Origin: Nemertoderma westbladi
Lineage: Eukaryota; Animalia; Xenacoelomorpha
Reading direction: 5' to 3'
DNA length: 64,000 nucleotides
NCBI GenBank assembly: GCA_032718475.1
Contig: JAUCBJ010006943.1
Coordinates: 1 to 64,000, forward strand
Each line of letters opens with the position of its first letter. The first letter of the stretch is position 1. Shown piece by piece: positions 50,277 to 62,453 of this stretch. The notes under the pieces were generated by a model. It ran no database searches and was not told the DNA's origin. It worked only from the letters and a program-made list of their open reading frames with translations. The translations under genes were made by a program, and so were the position numbers.

Positions 50277-51254
50277 ATGAAGATGACAACACGAAACTCA
50301 AACTCGAGAAATTCTATACCAGGTACCGGTAACAACGTTTCAACGCCTAATAACTTGATGAAAGTGAACAAGAGCAAAGTAACTACCGGTCCCGAAAAAG
50401 TCAAGGATAAACAGAAATGGACCGCCCTGGCTATTGAATGCTCAGACTGTAAAGAAGTTTGGACAGATGTCCAAGTTCCGTCTGGTAAGGTTGCTGAGTT
50501 CGAGTCAAGGAGGTTCCTCTGTGGGTTTTGCGCATCCAATTCCCAAAAGGACAACCAGATCCTACAAGAGAAATTTGAAAAACTCAATCTAGCAAAAACT
50601 CTTCCCTCAGCTGCGACCCAGTCTGACAACAAGCCCCACAAGCGGACTTTTTCAGAAGTTGTTGGGCGATCAAACCTCTCTGAACCTAGCCATAACGTCG
50701 CCCTCCTATCACGACAGGTCCGAAACGAAGAAAAAGAACAGTTACTGCGTCAGTGCAATGTCCTCATCCGTGGAACAAATCCAAAATCAAGCAACCACGC
50801 CGACCTAAACTTAATTGAAGAGATAGCTACAGATATTGACGTCAACATCAACACCTGTGACATTACTGCTAAGAGGGTAGGTAAACCTCAAGGTGAAGCA
50901 AATAAAACCCAGAACCTTATAGTTACCCTGCCTCCTGAAAAACGTCGCGAACTACTACGGAAGTCAAGAAACTTACGGAAAAGTCTGCGATTCAGCCACA
51001 TATTCATATGTCCTGACTACACACCAGCCGAACAGAAATTGCGATATGATCTCCGGCAAGAGAAACGGGCAGCTGCTGCAGCCCACCCAGGCAGAGATTG
51101 GGTAATACGTAATGGGACCGTGCAAGAACGTACTACCACACCTGGCGAAACTGTCCCAGACAACGTTAACCTTAATCCTATTGTTTCACCCGCACCCTCA
51201 GTCGAAGATATTACAACTAGTTCCCCCAGGATGCCTGGCAACACATTGGACTGA
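50277..51254 (+). CDS. LINE ORF1 (Cys-rich PHD-like N-terminus plus RRM-like domain)
   Basis: CSDC...W...FLCGFC; E..R..NVLIRG, R.G, IFICPDYT..E motifs typical of CR1/L2-group ORF1. Confidence 0.85.
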   Translation: MKMTTRNSNSRNSIPGTGNNVSTPNNLMKVNKSKVTTGPEKVKDKQKWTALAIECSDCKEVWTDVQVPSGKVAEFESRRFLCGFCASNSQKDNQILQEKFEKLNLAKTLPSAATQSDNKPHKRTFSEVVGRSNLSEPSHNVALLSRQVRNEEKEQLLRQCNVLIRGTNPKSSNHADLNLIEEIATDIDVNINTCDITAKRVGKPQGEANKTQNLIVTLPPEKRRELLRKSRNLRKSLRFSHIFICPDYTPAEQKLRYDLRQEKRAAAAAHPGRDWVIRNGTVQERTTTPGETVPDNVNLNPIVSPAPSVEDITTSSPRMPGNTLD

Positions 51255-51338
51255 CTAGCACGTACTGCCACTGGAACGGCGACCCTACAATCTGACAATC
51301 CAGTAACTGGCCCAAACAAACAGCCCATAATTGCTCAT

Positions 51339-54300
51339 ATGCATCCACCGGAGAACACGAAACTATGTACTACATATCCAGACTTTTACAGTTTTCCAGG
51401 TAATGGGTTACACATCATCCATGCTAATGTTAGAAGTCTCCTTCCAAAAATAGCTGAAGTGCGAATTATTTTAAAATCACTCAAGATAGACATTCTAACT
51501 CTTTCAGAGACTTGGCTGGATGATTCTGTAACCAACAAAGCAGTAGAAGTAATTGGGTACAACTTATTCAGGAATGACAGATCACGTGATGGAGGCGGAG
51601 TAGCCATATATGTCTTGGAATCACATCCTTTCTCAGAATTCCAACGTCCCATCAGATGTACAACTGAGTGCATATTTGGCACGATCCATCTCCCACACAC
51701 CAAACCAATACTTATCGGCTCAATATACCGACCTGAAAGGGATACATCTTTTTTCGATGATATTGACCTCATTCTTGGAGATATTGCCAACTACAAAGAG
51801 GTATTCATTTTGGGCGATACTAATAGTGATACACTTAATGTACATAATCCGAATACATTGGCTGCCAGAAAGAAACTTCAAGCATTCTGCAATTCAACTG
51901 GACTCACACAGATAATTACTGAACCAACTCGGGTATCTGAACATTCAGAAACAACTATAGACCATGTATTTGTCACAAAATCAGAATTGATTAGAAACAG
52001 TGGAGTGATGAAAGTTGGTTTAAGTGACCACTACATGGTTTTTGTTACCCGTAGACGTCCTAAAGCAACTCCCAGTAAAGAACATGTCACCCGTCAATGC
52101 CGATCTTACAAAGGTTATTCACCAGAACTTCTTTGCCACCACCTTAAAAATAACTCTACTTTGCCATCAATTCTGACCACAACTAACTCTGAAACTGCAG
52201 CTAAAATTCTCACAGATGAATTAACTAACACACTTGACCTAATTGCACCAATTAGGAGCATCCGCATCAAGCAATCAACTGAGTCATGGATCACCCCTGA
52301 AATCATGTCACTGATTCAGGCTAGAAATAGAGCCCAACATATTTTCCATCACCATAGAACGCCAACTAACTACAACTCTTACAAACGCCTACGCAACGAT
52401 GTTACATTACATATTAGAACTGCTAAATCTTCATATATCAAAACCTGTCTGGAACACAATAAATGCAACAGCAAAGAACTCTGGAAAGTACTAAAGTCGC
52501 TGGGGGCACCTTCAAAAAAAGCCAAAATCTCGACCAGAATAGCAGCCATCAAAACTGAGGATGGTTCCCTGGCTACCGATCCTGAAGTTATTGCAAATCA
52601 TATGAACCATTATTTTACCAACGCTGCCAAAAACCTTGTAGACAAACTACCACCACAACCAAATATTTACAATGGAGTAGCTGTTAAAGAGTTCTATGCT
52701 GCAAAAGGAATCCAACCAGGCAGTTTCACCTTGAAACCCGTAGATCTCTCAGACATCAATAAAATCATTATGAGCCTCGACATCCACAAGAGTAGTGGGC
52801 CTGATTCTATTAGTCCAAGAATTATAAAGGATGGATGCCCAATTATTGAAAACTACTTAACTCATATTGTGAACTTATCAATAAAATCAGCCGTGTTCCC
52901 TGACCCATACAAGGTTGCCAAAGTTGCACCAGCATTTAAGAAAGGAATACTAACCCATGACACAAACTTCCGCCCCATATCATTATTAGTCATCATGTCA
53001 AAAGTTTTAGAAAAAACTGTGTTCGATCAACTTATGCCCTATTTAATATCTAACAACATACTAGATTTACTACAATCCGGCTTTCGACCTGGTCACTCGG
53101 TGCAAACCTGCTTAATGTATCTGGACAATATCATCCGCGATGCTATGGATTCTGGGAAAATAGTCGGGATGGTTGCCATTGACCTCCAAAAAGCGTTCGA
53201 CACGGTCGACCACAAAATTCTGCTTCACAAGTTGAGGTGTATTGGCCTGGATGAACATAGCGTTAACTGGTTCCGATCATACCTATCTGGCAGATCCCAG
53301 TTTGTCCAGGTAGGAAACTCTCGTTCTAGAACTCTTGGAATTGACTGCGGTACTCCTCAAGGAGCCCTACTTGCTGTCCTCTTATTCCTGATCTATATGA
53401 ACGATTTAGACCTTGCCTTGCCTCCTGTCAAATCCTTGTTGAAAACAGCATCCCAGACTAATGACGTCAATAATGCCAGCCCAGCCAAAACTGCCTGCCA
53501 CGAATCCGCCACTGCACTGAAGTATGCTGACGATACCAACCTCATCAAAGCCGGAGACAACTGCGAAGAAATTTCTGCATGCCTTACTGAAACTCTGTCG
53601 CGCGTAGCTGATTGGGCAGTTGATAATCGCCTCAGTATACACCCTGGGAAATTCGAGGTCTTCCTTTTTGGAACGCACCAATGCATTGCATCAGCCGGAA
53701 GCCTTGAAGTCTACTACAAAAATAAACTACTCGAACCAACAGATACCATAAAGTACTTGGGATACGTGATGGATCCAACCTTATCCGGATCGGAGTCCGC
53801 ACATAAAATTATACGCAGGGGAAACGCATGTCTCAAATTCCTTTATCGGAATTCGCAAGTCCTTGACAAACCCCTGCGTCGGTTGCTTTGCAACTCACTG
53901 ATACAGCCGCTTATAGACTTTTCAGCCCCTTGCTGGTATCCGAGTGCTGCGAGTCGTCTACGTAATCAAGTCGATGCACTCCAACGCAAGTGCATCAGGT
54001 TCTGCCTGGGACTTGACTCTCGAGCGCATATTGGTGCTGCCCATTTTGTAGATATAAACTGGCTTCCAATTACCGAACGTACCCACCAGATAATATTAAC
54101 CCACATGTTTAATATCCACGCAAAGACAGCCCCGGCTTATATGCGCGACATGGTTATCTTTACTGAACCTTCTCACCTCCTACGTAACGGAGCCGCACAC
54201 GCTTTACTACCCCAGAAACACACGGTAGCAGCCACACAGTCGTTCTCCTACCTTGGCCCATATCTGTGGAATAAACTCCCCAATGCGATCAAAGAAATTA

Positions 54301-54383
54301 GGAGTGTGGAAAGTTTTAAGCATAAGTTAAAGGATCACTTTTTAGAACTTTTATCCACCAATGAATTGTCGTCATATAAGTAA
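51339..54383 (+). CDS. LINE ORF2 (AP endonuclease + reverse transcriptase), uninterrupted
   Basis: NVRSL, LSETWL, GGGVAIY, IYRP, GDTN, TIDH, SDH; NFRPISLL, QSGFR, DLQKAFD, PQG, YADD, KYLG; 1014 aa open. Confidence 0.95.
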   Translation: MHPPENTKLCTTYPDFYSFPGNGLHIIHANVRSLLPKIAEVRIILKSLKIDILTLSETWLDDSVTNKAVEVIGYNLFRNDRSRDGGGVAIYVLESHPFSEFQRPIRCTTECIFGTIHLPHTKPILIGSIYRPERDTSFFDDIDLILGDIANYKEVFILGDTNSDTLNVHNPNTLAARKKLQAFCNSTGLTQIITEPTRVSEHSETTIDHVFVTKSELIRNSGVMKVGLSDHYMVFVTRRRPKATPSKEHVTRQCRSYKGYSPELLCHHLKNNSTLPSILTTTNSETAAKILTDELTNTLDLIAPIRSIRIKQSTESWITPEIMSLIQARNRAQHIFHHHRTPTNYNSYKRLRNDVTLHIRTAKSSYIKTCLEHNKCNSKELWKVLKSLGAPSKKAKISTRIAAIKTEDGSLATDPEVIANHMNHYFTNAAKNLVDKLPPQPNIYNGVAVKEFYAAKGIQPGSFTLKPVDLSDINKIIMSLDIHKSSGPDSISPRIIKDGCPIIENYLTHIVNLSIKSAVFPDPYKVAKVAPAFKKGILTHDTNFRPISLLVIMSKVLEKTVFDQLMPYLISNNILDLLQSGFRPGHSVQTCLMYLDNIIRDAMDSGKIVGMVAIDLQKAFDTVDHKILLHKLRCIGLDEHSVNWFRSYLSGRSQFVQVGNSRSRTLGIDCGTPQGALLAVLLFLIYMNDLDLALPPVKSLLKTASQTNDVNNASPAKTACHESATALKYADDTNLIKAGDNCEEISACLTETLSRVADWAVDNRLSIHPGKFEVFLFGTHQCIASAGSLEVYYKNKLLEPTDTIKYLGYVMDPTLSGSESAHKIIRRGNACLKFLYRNSQVLDKPLRRLLCNSLIQPLIDFSAPCWYPSAASRLRNQVDALQRKCIRFCLGLDSRAHIGAAHFVDINWLPITERTHQIILTHMFNIHAKTAPAYMRDMVIFTEPSHLLRNGAAHALLPQKHTVAATQSFSYLGPYLWNKLPNAIKEIRSVESFKHKLKDHFLELLSTNELSSYK

Positions 54384-55085
54384 CTTATAATTTTTTACCA
54401 TCTATACTTTATATTTTATATCATTTGACCTTCCACATTAACTCAAACAAAAGATTGAAGATCCATTTTTAGAATTTTTATTTAATAGTAAATGTTTTAT
54501 ATTTTTGATTTATACATTATTTTAGAATTTTTATCCTGCACGAGAGCACGACCTTATACCTTTTATTCTAAACCCCAATCTACAGGACCCCTGTGGAAAT
54601 GAGACTATGTCTCTCAGGGTAATCCTGGACAAACAAAGCTTACACTATGACGATTCAGAACTATTTACTCTACTCTGCCGTGCAATTACTGCTCTATATA
54701 CTGTATAAAATATATTATAATTTTTAATTATTTTTGCATTCCCAAATATGGTGCGTCACCTTAACCTTCTTAATTTTTCGGTATATTTCTGAATTTATCA
54801 CCTCTTTTTTTTTTTTAACTTTTATACACTTGCCTAACCGAAACACGTTTTTAGCCTGACAGAATTATATAATTGTTTTAATTTGAACTACAAACCGAAA
54901 GAAAAAAAATGTATCTAATTTAATTTATGTACGTAATTTGCACTCTGCCTTACCATACAGTATATAATTTTCTTAATGGTTGTGTTTATATCTACTTATA
55001 TGTCGGTATGTCTATACTTTACTTCGTTTGTCAAATAAATAATTCCAATTCCATTCCAGTACCGGTACACAAACACAGTACACAC

Positions 55086-55848
55086 TAGGGCTCGATCGGA
55101 GTTGGGATTTGGCCGGAGCCGGAGCAGGAGCCGGAGTTGGACAATTTGGCCGGAGCCGGAGCAGGAGCCGGAGTTTTTCAAAAATTTTCAAAATTTAATT
55201 ATTTATTTAAAAAAAATAAAGTATGGTTATCTTATCGTTCGCCAATCGCTCATACGGTAATCAATCATATACTGCTGTACTGTTTTTTTTATTCAGTAAG
55301 TAATTAATTTATCACGTACAGACGGCCTGACGCTGACGGCTAAAAATTACCTACAGTACCGTACAGCCGTACCTAACTCCCTAACTGTGGTAGAGGTGTG
55401 TGTACTGTCAGACTGTAGGTAGCCTACCGCTGTACCGCAGTACCGTACGTGTACCAGTACTGCAGTACATAATGCTGGCATGACAGTCAGTAAATGGCTG
55501 CAGTGTGGCAGGTGTGGTACAGTGTACAATCATAGCATTTACAACAATTTTTTACAGTAGGGCCTATCTGTAACAGTCTGCTAGTCAGCCAGCTGGCCAG
55601 TACAGCAGTACCAGTACTGCAGTACAGTCAGTCATTGACTAAGTAAATAGGCCTACTGCAGTATTATGCTTGATATTGAAGCTGTACTACAGTACTTATA
55701 GTGTAAATAATTGTTCAGATTAGAATATGCACGAAATATAATACTTTATTAAAAAATTAACTCCGGCAATATTTTTACCGGAGCCGGAGCCGGAGGTGCC
55801 AAAATGGCCGGAGCCGGAGCCGGAGGCCGGAGCTCCGATCGAGCCCTA
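55086..55848. mobile_element. hAT-type MITE
   Basis: TAGGGCTCGATCGGAG / CTCCGATCGAGCCCTA TIRs; 8-bp TSD GTACACAC; (GGAGCC)n subterminal repeats. Confidence 0.92.
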
Positions 55849-56090
55849 GTACACACCTATACCTACTGCAGTTCTGACCTACCCTACGCCTACACCAGTG
55901 CACTGCTACGCTACACCTACCGGTACTTGTCTGCTTGTAGAGTTATATCATCTGATCATATCATATATCATATACCAGTTCATTTGTATTTCAATATTTC
56001 TAAACCTACTCCAAAAGTTGGATTTTAAAAAAAAGTTGAATTTTAAACCCTTCTCCAAAAGTCGAATTTTAATAAAAAGTTGAATTTTAA

Positions 56091-57111
56091 CCCGTGTTCC
56101 CCTTCATTTCTCAAACATTTGATTCCTTTGAGGTCAATTTTGACCTCATGTAAATGAGAAGGCACTGCGATTCAATATCCAGTGGTTACCTTTAAAATGA
56201 TAGGCTACTGTACTGGCAGACTGGTTTAGGAATATAAGTTGCCTACTTATATTCAGATATTACACTGTAGTATTATCTTAGTTGTCTGTTTTTTGTCTGT
56301 CTGTCCATTGTCTGTTATCAGAATTAGTAATGTAATGGTATGATACCAGTAAGTCATTGCGATTAAATATCAAGAATACCATATCAATACAGCAGTATAA
56401 TGATATAGGTTTTAGTAAGTTTTATTATACTGTAGGTAAGGTAGATAGTATTATATCAAGTTGTCTGTCTGTTTGTCTGTCTGTCTCCTGTCTGCGTTTG
56501 TTAGTGCAATTAGTAGGCAACTTAACCTCCCACAACTCAACAATGCACTTAGTGAAAATAATAAATCCTGGCCTCGATAAATAATGAGGGTATTATATTA
56601 TTCCAGTATTCAGTTATATTGATATCCGTATCAAAATTCACAGTACCTGCTGACTGGAATTCAAGCACAGAAGAAAGGGACCTACTGAGTTTAGATTTGC
56701 AGACCACAGCGTGGTTTTGAGTAGCTGTGACCGTGACCGTACTGGTACTTATCTAATTTACAATCTGATAATTCCATATAGGCTTCTGCTAGACCACTAG
56801 ACCAGTACCATACATTCAGTCATCAGTACAGAGAAGGCTAAGATAAGTAAATCTTTCGTTGATATTGAATGGTATAGGTACAAAACATGATGAGGTCAAA
56901 TTTGACCTCAAAGACAATATGTGTATAAATTGTAAAATTGAATAGACCCCCTTGCAAATTTTTATATTTTTGTTTTTCTAATTAAGATACACTATAAAAT
57001 AATAAAAGTCACAAAATTTCGAGATAAAATATAAATGTGTGATAAAATTATGTAAGTTTAAATCATTAAATCTCCGATGGGTCAAAAATGACCTCAAAGA
57101 GAGCACAAGGG
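56091..57111. mobile_element. piggyBac-type MITE
   Basis: TTAA|CCC...GGG|TTAA ends; internal GAGGTCA-N4-TGACCTC palindromes at ~56128, 56892, 57080. Confidence 0.75.
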
Positions 57112-57969
57112 TTAAAAAATAAAATTGAAATTTCAACTCAGTTGAAAATAGAACTTCTCTTCTCCCCGACAGCCCGACTGCATAGTGCAAAACAAGAGGC
57201 TGATAGGCTTACATGACAGCATGAGGGTACCGGTACACCATCCCCATCAGCCCATCCAGCCATCCAGTCCTGCAGTGCAGCCATCTGAATTTGAACTGAC
57301 TGACTGATGAAACAAGTTTCTGAGTTTTATTTCATTCAGTACTTTCAGTCAGTCAGTCAGTCAGTCAGTAGGCCTATTTAATAGGCCTATTTTCAGATTT
57401 TAGTACTGGTCAGCTGGTACCGGTACGTTAGTCTGACAGGTCTGCGTTTTAAAACGATAAACTGATTTTTTCACATACCGCATACCGGTAGGCCTACGAC
57501 CTAGGCTGCTAGGTACTGACCTATTCTGCTATTCCAGTATTCAATATTCAGATATTTCATACATTATTACAGTAGGCCTTGGGCCTACAGGCTACATGCT
57601 ACAGGGTCATTCCATGCTAATTCGACCAATCGGTGTGGCAAGGGTCGGAAATTTTGCTACTGCTTTACAGTGCAGTAACATGTCAGCATGTTGCATTGTT
57701 CAGTTGTTCGTTGTTGCACACTTACAGTCCAGCAGTCAGACAGTGTTGGAATAAGCTGATAAGATAAGTGATAAGCCTAGCTGCCTAAGCTGGCCTAGGC
57801 CAGCTGGCCAGTACAGCAGTCTGGCAGTAGGCTAGGAGTTGTGCAATTTTAAGTACCGGTATACCCTTAAATGGGCACCGGTACCCTGGCACCTGGTGCC
57901 GGATTAATTTACAGTTAATTAAATACTGAAATATATGTTACTAAATAAATTATCTGAGTTAATTCTTGC

Positions 57970-58967
57970 CCAGGTTGGAATTCATGCATGAGCGCGCAGG
58001 TACGCTTTGTTGTTTTGAAATCACCGCGCACCTGAAATTGGCTCGTCGCGCACCTCATCATATGTCATAATCCAAACAAAATCGCGCAGCTCATGTCATG
58101 CATATCTCAAAAAATCGCACAGTTCATAAGAACAATTTTACATTCCTATTTTACAAGTTTGAGCGTTTTAAGCTTATCTTTACGTCTGTCTGTCTGTACG
58201 TTGAATCTAGGCTTACATAATAAATGTAATTTTTGCAACATCAAAATTGTTAATATTAAAAAATATTTTTTTAATCCACTACTATGGTGGCCCATCGGGC
58301 TCACTGCTTTTATAACAGAAAATATTATTTTAGATTACAAACAAAACTACTACTACTACTAGGTCGAGCGAACTCGGACAGTGGAAATGAGATCCTTCCA
58401 GGCTTCCCGATTCTCCATAGTTGTCGCAAAACAAAACATGTACTGGTAATTTCAAAAAAACGAATATTGAAATAGGTAGGTACCAGTCTGCCAGTAATAA
58501 TTTGTATAGGCCTACCTAACAATTAGGCTTAAACATACAGTTGGCTTATAATTAAGTCATACTTATAATACATTGTTACTTTCTGACTTTACCTGTTTAC
58601 TAACGTAACATCGGCATAGCATAGACCTAATAACAATACAACAATAGAGTACTGTAGTTAAAATAAATAGACAAATTCAGCTCCGGTTGCCGGTATTACA
58701 GTATTATGGTGAAGTGATTGTGACTGTTTGAAGAATTGGTAATGAGAAACTAATGCGAGCGCAGCGAGCGAAATTTTTTTGTGTATTTTCGTGATTTCAA
58801 TTAATTTGTGGTGCGCATCAGAGGCAGAGCTGCGCGCTGAGGCGCATTAGCGCACCTGTCTCACACCCGAACGCGCACCTGTCTCACCCAAACGCGCAAC
58901 GCGCATCTGGTTTGCGGTCATTCGCGCAGGTACGCGTCCGAGTTTTGCAGCATGAATTCCAACCTGG
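57970..58967. mobile_element. MITE with 8-bp TSD (hAT-like), copy 1
   Basis: CCAGGTTGGAATTCATGC TIRs; TSD ATTCTTGC; carries a short RTE-like 3' end with a (TAG)n tail at ~58346-58430 (minus). Confidence 0.9.
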
Positions 58968-59101
58968 ATTCTTGCTACAAATTAAAAACGGTAGGCCTAT
59001 GCGTTGGCGTTAGGCCTATAGCAGTTAGGCCTATAGTGTACTAGTCAGGTAGTCAGATAGTCTGCCAGTAGTCTGGTATTTGTTTGTTGCAATATTTCAT
59101 T

Positions 59102-61260
59102 GGGTATAACTTTTCGCCGTATCCGTATGCATATTATTATTATTATTATTATTAACACCTCATACTGTCATATATTATAAAATTATTAACAGAGGGAGAA
59201 AATCACCAAGGTTAAAAATTAACACTAACAGACTAATAGGTGAAAGACAACCAGACAACACTAAATATCTACAACTTAATATTAATCCATGTCAGCATGT
59301 ACAATACCGACAACTAACAATATTGCATGAATAGTCCAGTCTAAAAATATACAGTAGGCCTAAAACATTAGTGTGACATAAAAACATACATTAAGAAATG
59401 AATTTGACATAGGCCTAATATGTAATAAAATTAGCCTACAGCAAGAAAATTTGACTTCCAACGTCTATGCAGTCCAGTAAAATATATCTAGTAAGACAAC
59501 ATACATTAAAATCGACTTGGCCGTCCAGTAAAACTTGTCCAGTCTAAAAAATAAAATACATACAGTATAAAAATACAGGGTAATTCAATAGCATTGTCTA
59601 AAAATATTGAAATAAAAATTATAACAATCGATTAAATTTACAATAGGTTAGTAGATTTGCCTCCTTCAATCTAGAAGTAAAAATATCTTTGTTGGATGAG
59701 TTCACTATGTCATCCGATAAATTATTCCAAATTGAAACAACTCGGTTACTAAAACGAAATTTACTAATTTGGAGTCTAGTGCGATATTGAAACAGTTTAA
59801 AATTATGACCTCTTGTCACAATTTTCACTGGTGTACTCGCACCAGTGAAAAGGGAATCAAAATCCAAATCAACACAATTGTGAATAATGGAGTATGTCAT
59901 TTTTAAATCGAAAATTAACCTACGGACTTCTAGAGGTTGTAAGTCCAAAAACTGCAAATGCTCCATGTAGGTTATATTACCTAGTCGGCATCGAGCAAAT
60001 AACCTACGCGTGAAATAACGCTGGACTCTTTCGTTCAGATCAATGGAGCCCAGTTGGAAAGGGGACCATATGGGAGTACAATATTCTACCAGCGGCCGAA
60101 CGTACGCTTTATATGCCATTAATAAAGCTTTTACATTACTGGTATGGAAGCACCTAAAAATTAAATTTGCGATCTTAAAACCTTTAGCAGCTTGAACTTT
60201 ACAATGTCGATCGAATCCTAAATCTCTATATGCCAATACATATATATATACATATGTACATATATATACATATATGTATATATATACTATTGTTCACAAT
60301 ACAAAAACGTTTGAACACAAAAAGTATGTATATATATATACATATATATACATATGCCAATGCCAGTATGCATTTGCCGTATCCGTCCGTCCGTATGTCA
60401 GTATGTACGTACATTTCTTATAGGAAGGGATCTATGGGTCTTGCCAACACATTGTTAGTATGTACATATGCGTATGTAGGTAATGGATTCCTATGGAGAA
60501 TATTCCGTATGTGATTTTAGAGATTAGGCATTGCGGACCAGTAAGAAATGCACAGCACACATGCAGACTGAAGACAGGTAGGCCTACTTAAAGCTAAGTG
60601 ATTTAAAGAGTGTGGCTGCCGCTACCTTATGTCAAATAAACAATGCAGGACAGGTCCAGCATGAGTGACAGCCAGTGTCCGCCAGCCCCGGGATGCGCCA
60701 GCAGTGCAGTAGCAGTACCTATTAACCAGTTAACTCTTCTTGACGCCGCTTGGAAAACTAACCACCCCGTGATTTATTTTTGAACTGTTTTTCACCAACC
60801 TGGCTATAGAATATTGTTGGTTGCTACAGTATATGGCACTAACATAACAGCGTAGTATAGACTGATAGAAGCAGCAATGAGAATGCTAAGGGAATCAACA
60901 TTCGCACAGATATTGAAAACCGTCGTGCCAGTCTGTCCTTCTTTGTTAATTTATTAACATATAATATCCTAATAACCTAAAATAATAATAATAACCTACC
61001 TTTACTTACGCTGTTTCGGGGCCAGTATTTAGTCGCCATTTATTTGCCATTAGGTAGCGGCAGCCGCACTCTTTAAATCATATCGCTTTTAAGTAGGCCT
61101 ACCTGTCTTCAGTCTGCATGTGTGTTGTGCACTTCTTACTGGTCCGCAATGCCTAATCTTTAAAATCACATACGGATTATTCTCCATAGGAATCCATTAC
61201 ATACGCGTATGTGCACAGGGATACATCAAATGCATACGGATACGGCGAAAAGTTATACCC
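59102..61260. mobile_element. Mutator-like MITE with long TIRs, left arm split by a CR1 insertion
   Basis: GGGTATAACTTTTCGCCGTATCCGTATGCAT termini; ~180-bp inner inverted arms ~60460-60640 / 61038-61217; 9-bp TSD TATTTC(A/G)TT. Confidence 0.85.
59133..60225 (-). mobile_element. 5'-truncated CR1 LINE 3' fragment
   Basis: AYVRP.VEYC.P.WSP, ERVQRYFTR, L..RRL..DL, TRGH..KL, F.NRVV..WN.L; (AAT)n tail at 59133-59154. Confidence 0.9.
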
Positions 61261-62453
61261 TATTTCGTTTCTCACAAGTCCAGTAGGCCAGGCTTATTCC
61301 TTTAAAGTTGGTCTATACTGCTATATAGTGGTCATGTCTCATGTCATAGCCAGTCATCCACAGCTACATTATCCTTGTGTTGGTTGCTCAAAAAGAAGAT
61401 ATGGTTTGACCTCATGTTTACTTCTTAACTTCTCCAGCAGTGCCCAGTGAATGCAGGAGTGCAGGTGCAGGTAACAGAGAGTGCAGGAGTGGTTGAAGAT
61501 CCTAGTTGTATTCTGCCATAACGATCTGCTTTTCTTATGTCTGTTACCAGCTGGTTTCCTTAGCCCTTATCCATTAGTAATCTTGCTGTCTTGTTTACCA
61601 AGTCATTATTCAAGTTATTTTGTCAGTGTCTACTAGGTCCAGGTCTCTTGCCTGTCTAAACGTACATGTTCCAATGGGGATTAAAAGAACTTCGTCTTCA
61701 GGTGACGGTAGAAGTCTGATGTCCAGATGGTATCAATTTTTTGATAGAGCTACCAATGCCTTTGCTTTCCTAACTTCTGTATTTTTTATGCTACTCTCTA
61801 TCCACGACCTGATGATCCAAGGGACTGGAAGTCTGCTTACATTTGTGGATTATTATCAATTGTGGTCAAGATTCCATAAATATTAAAAATCATGTATTGT
61901 ATACGTATGGATAGCACTTATATGCGCTGCAACATCCTTAGCATCCATCTCTACTTTATTCAGTAGAAGTTGTGCAGTGCATAATGCTTGTAGGTTAGTT
62001 AGCATATCACAAAGCATGGCAATGTCTTCCATAAAGTCTGTGATGCTGAGACTTTAGTTGCTGGGTGTTTGCTTCTTCTACGTTCTTGTAGTGTGAATCC
62101 AAGTTCTTTATCCTTTGTGGCTGTATCTTAATCCTTTGTGGCTGAATATCACCTCCTTGTGTCACCTTGCAGTATGCCAAAATAACTCAGTTTCACCATC
62201 TGGTAAGAGCTGAAGAGTACCGGTACCTGAGCTTCTGTGACACACTCACAATATATCAATCAAATGCCAGCGTCACATCAAATACTTCTGGTATTCCATA
62301 AATTTTAGTATTCCCAACGCCAACATTTTACCTCTGTGGATGGATACGAATGCTTTCTTAAAGTCTAGGCCTATTGTTCGTTCGTGTATTTATATGTGTT
62401 CATAAATCCATTTAGGTTCTTATGCAGCAGTTTCTCTATATGAGGTCTAATTC

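Larger units (their letters stand above)
50100..55057 (+). mobile_element. Apparently intact CR1/L2-group (Crack/Daphne-like) LINE
   Basis: ORF1 + ORF2; 3' UTR stem-loop CAGGACCCCTG...CAGGGTAATCCTG (~54583-54626); AATAAA + (ATTCC)n tail ~55033-55057; 5' end approximate. Confidence 0.85.

Noticed and set aside
43500-61820. Hammerhead ribozymes at CTGATGA hits (~43503, 57304, 61810)
   Set aside because: No flanking stems with a properly placed GAAA and cleavage triplet found by eye.
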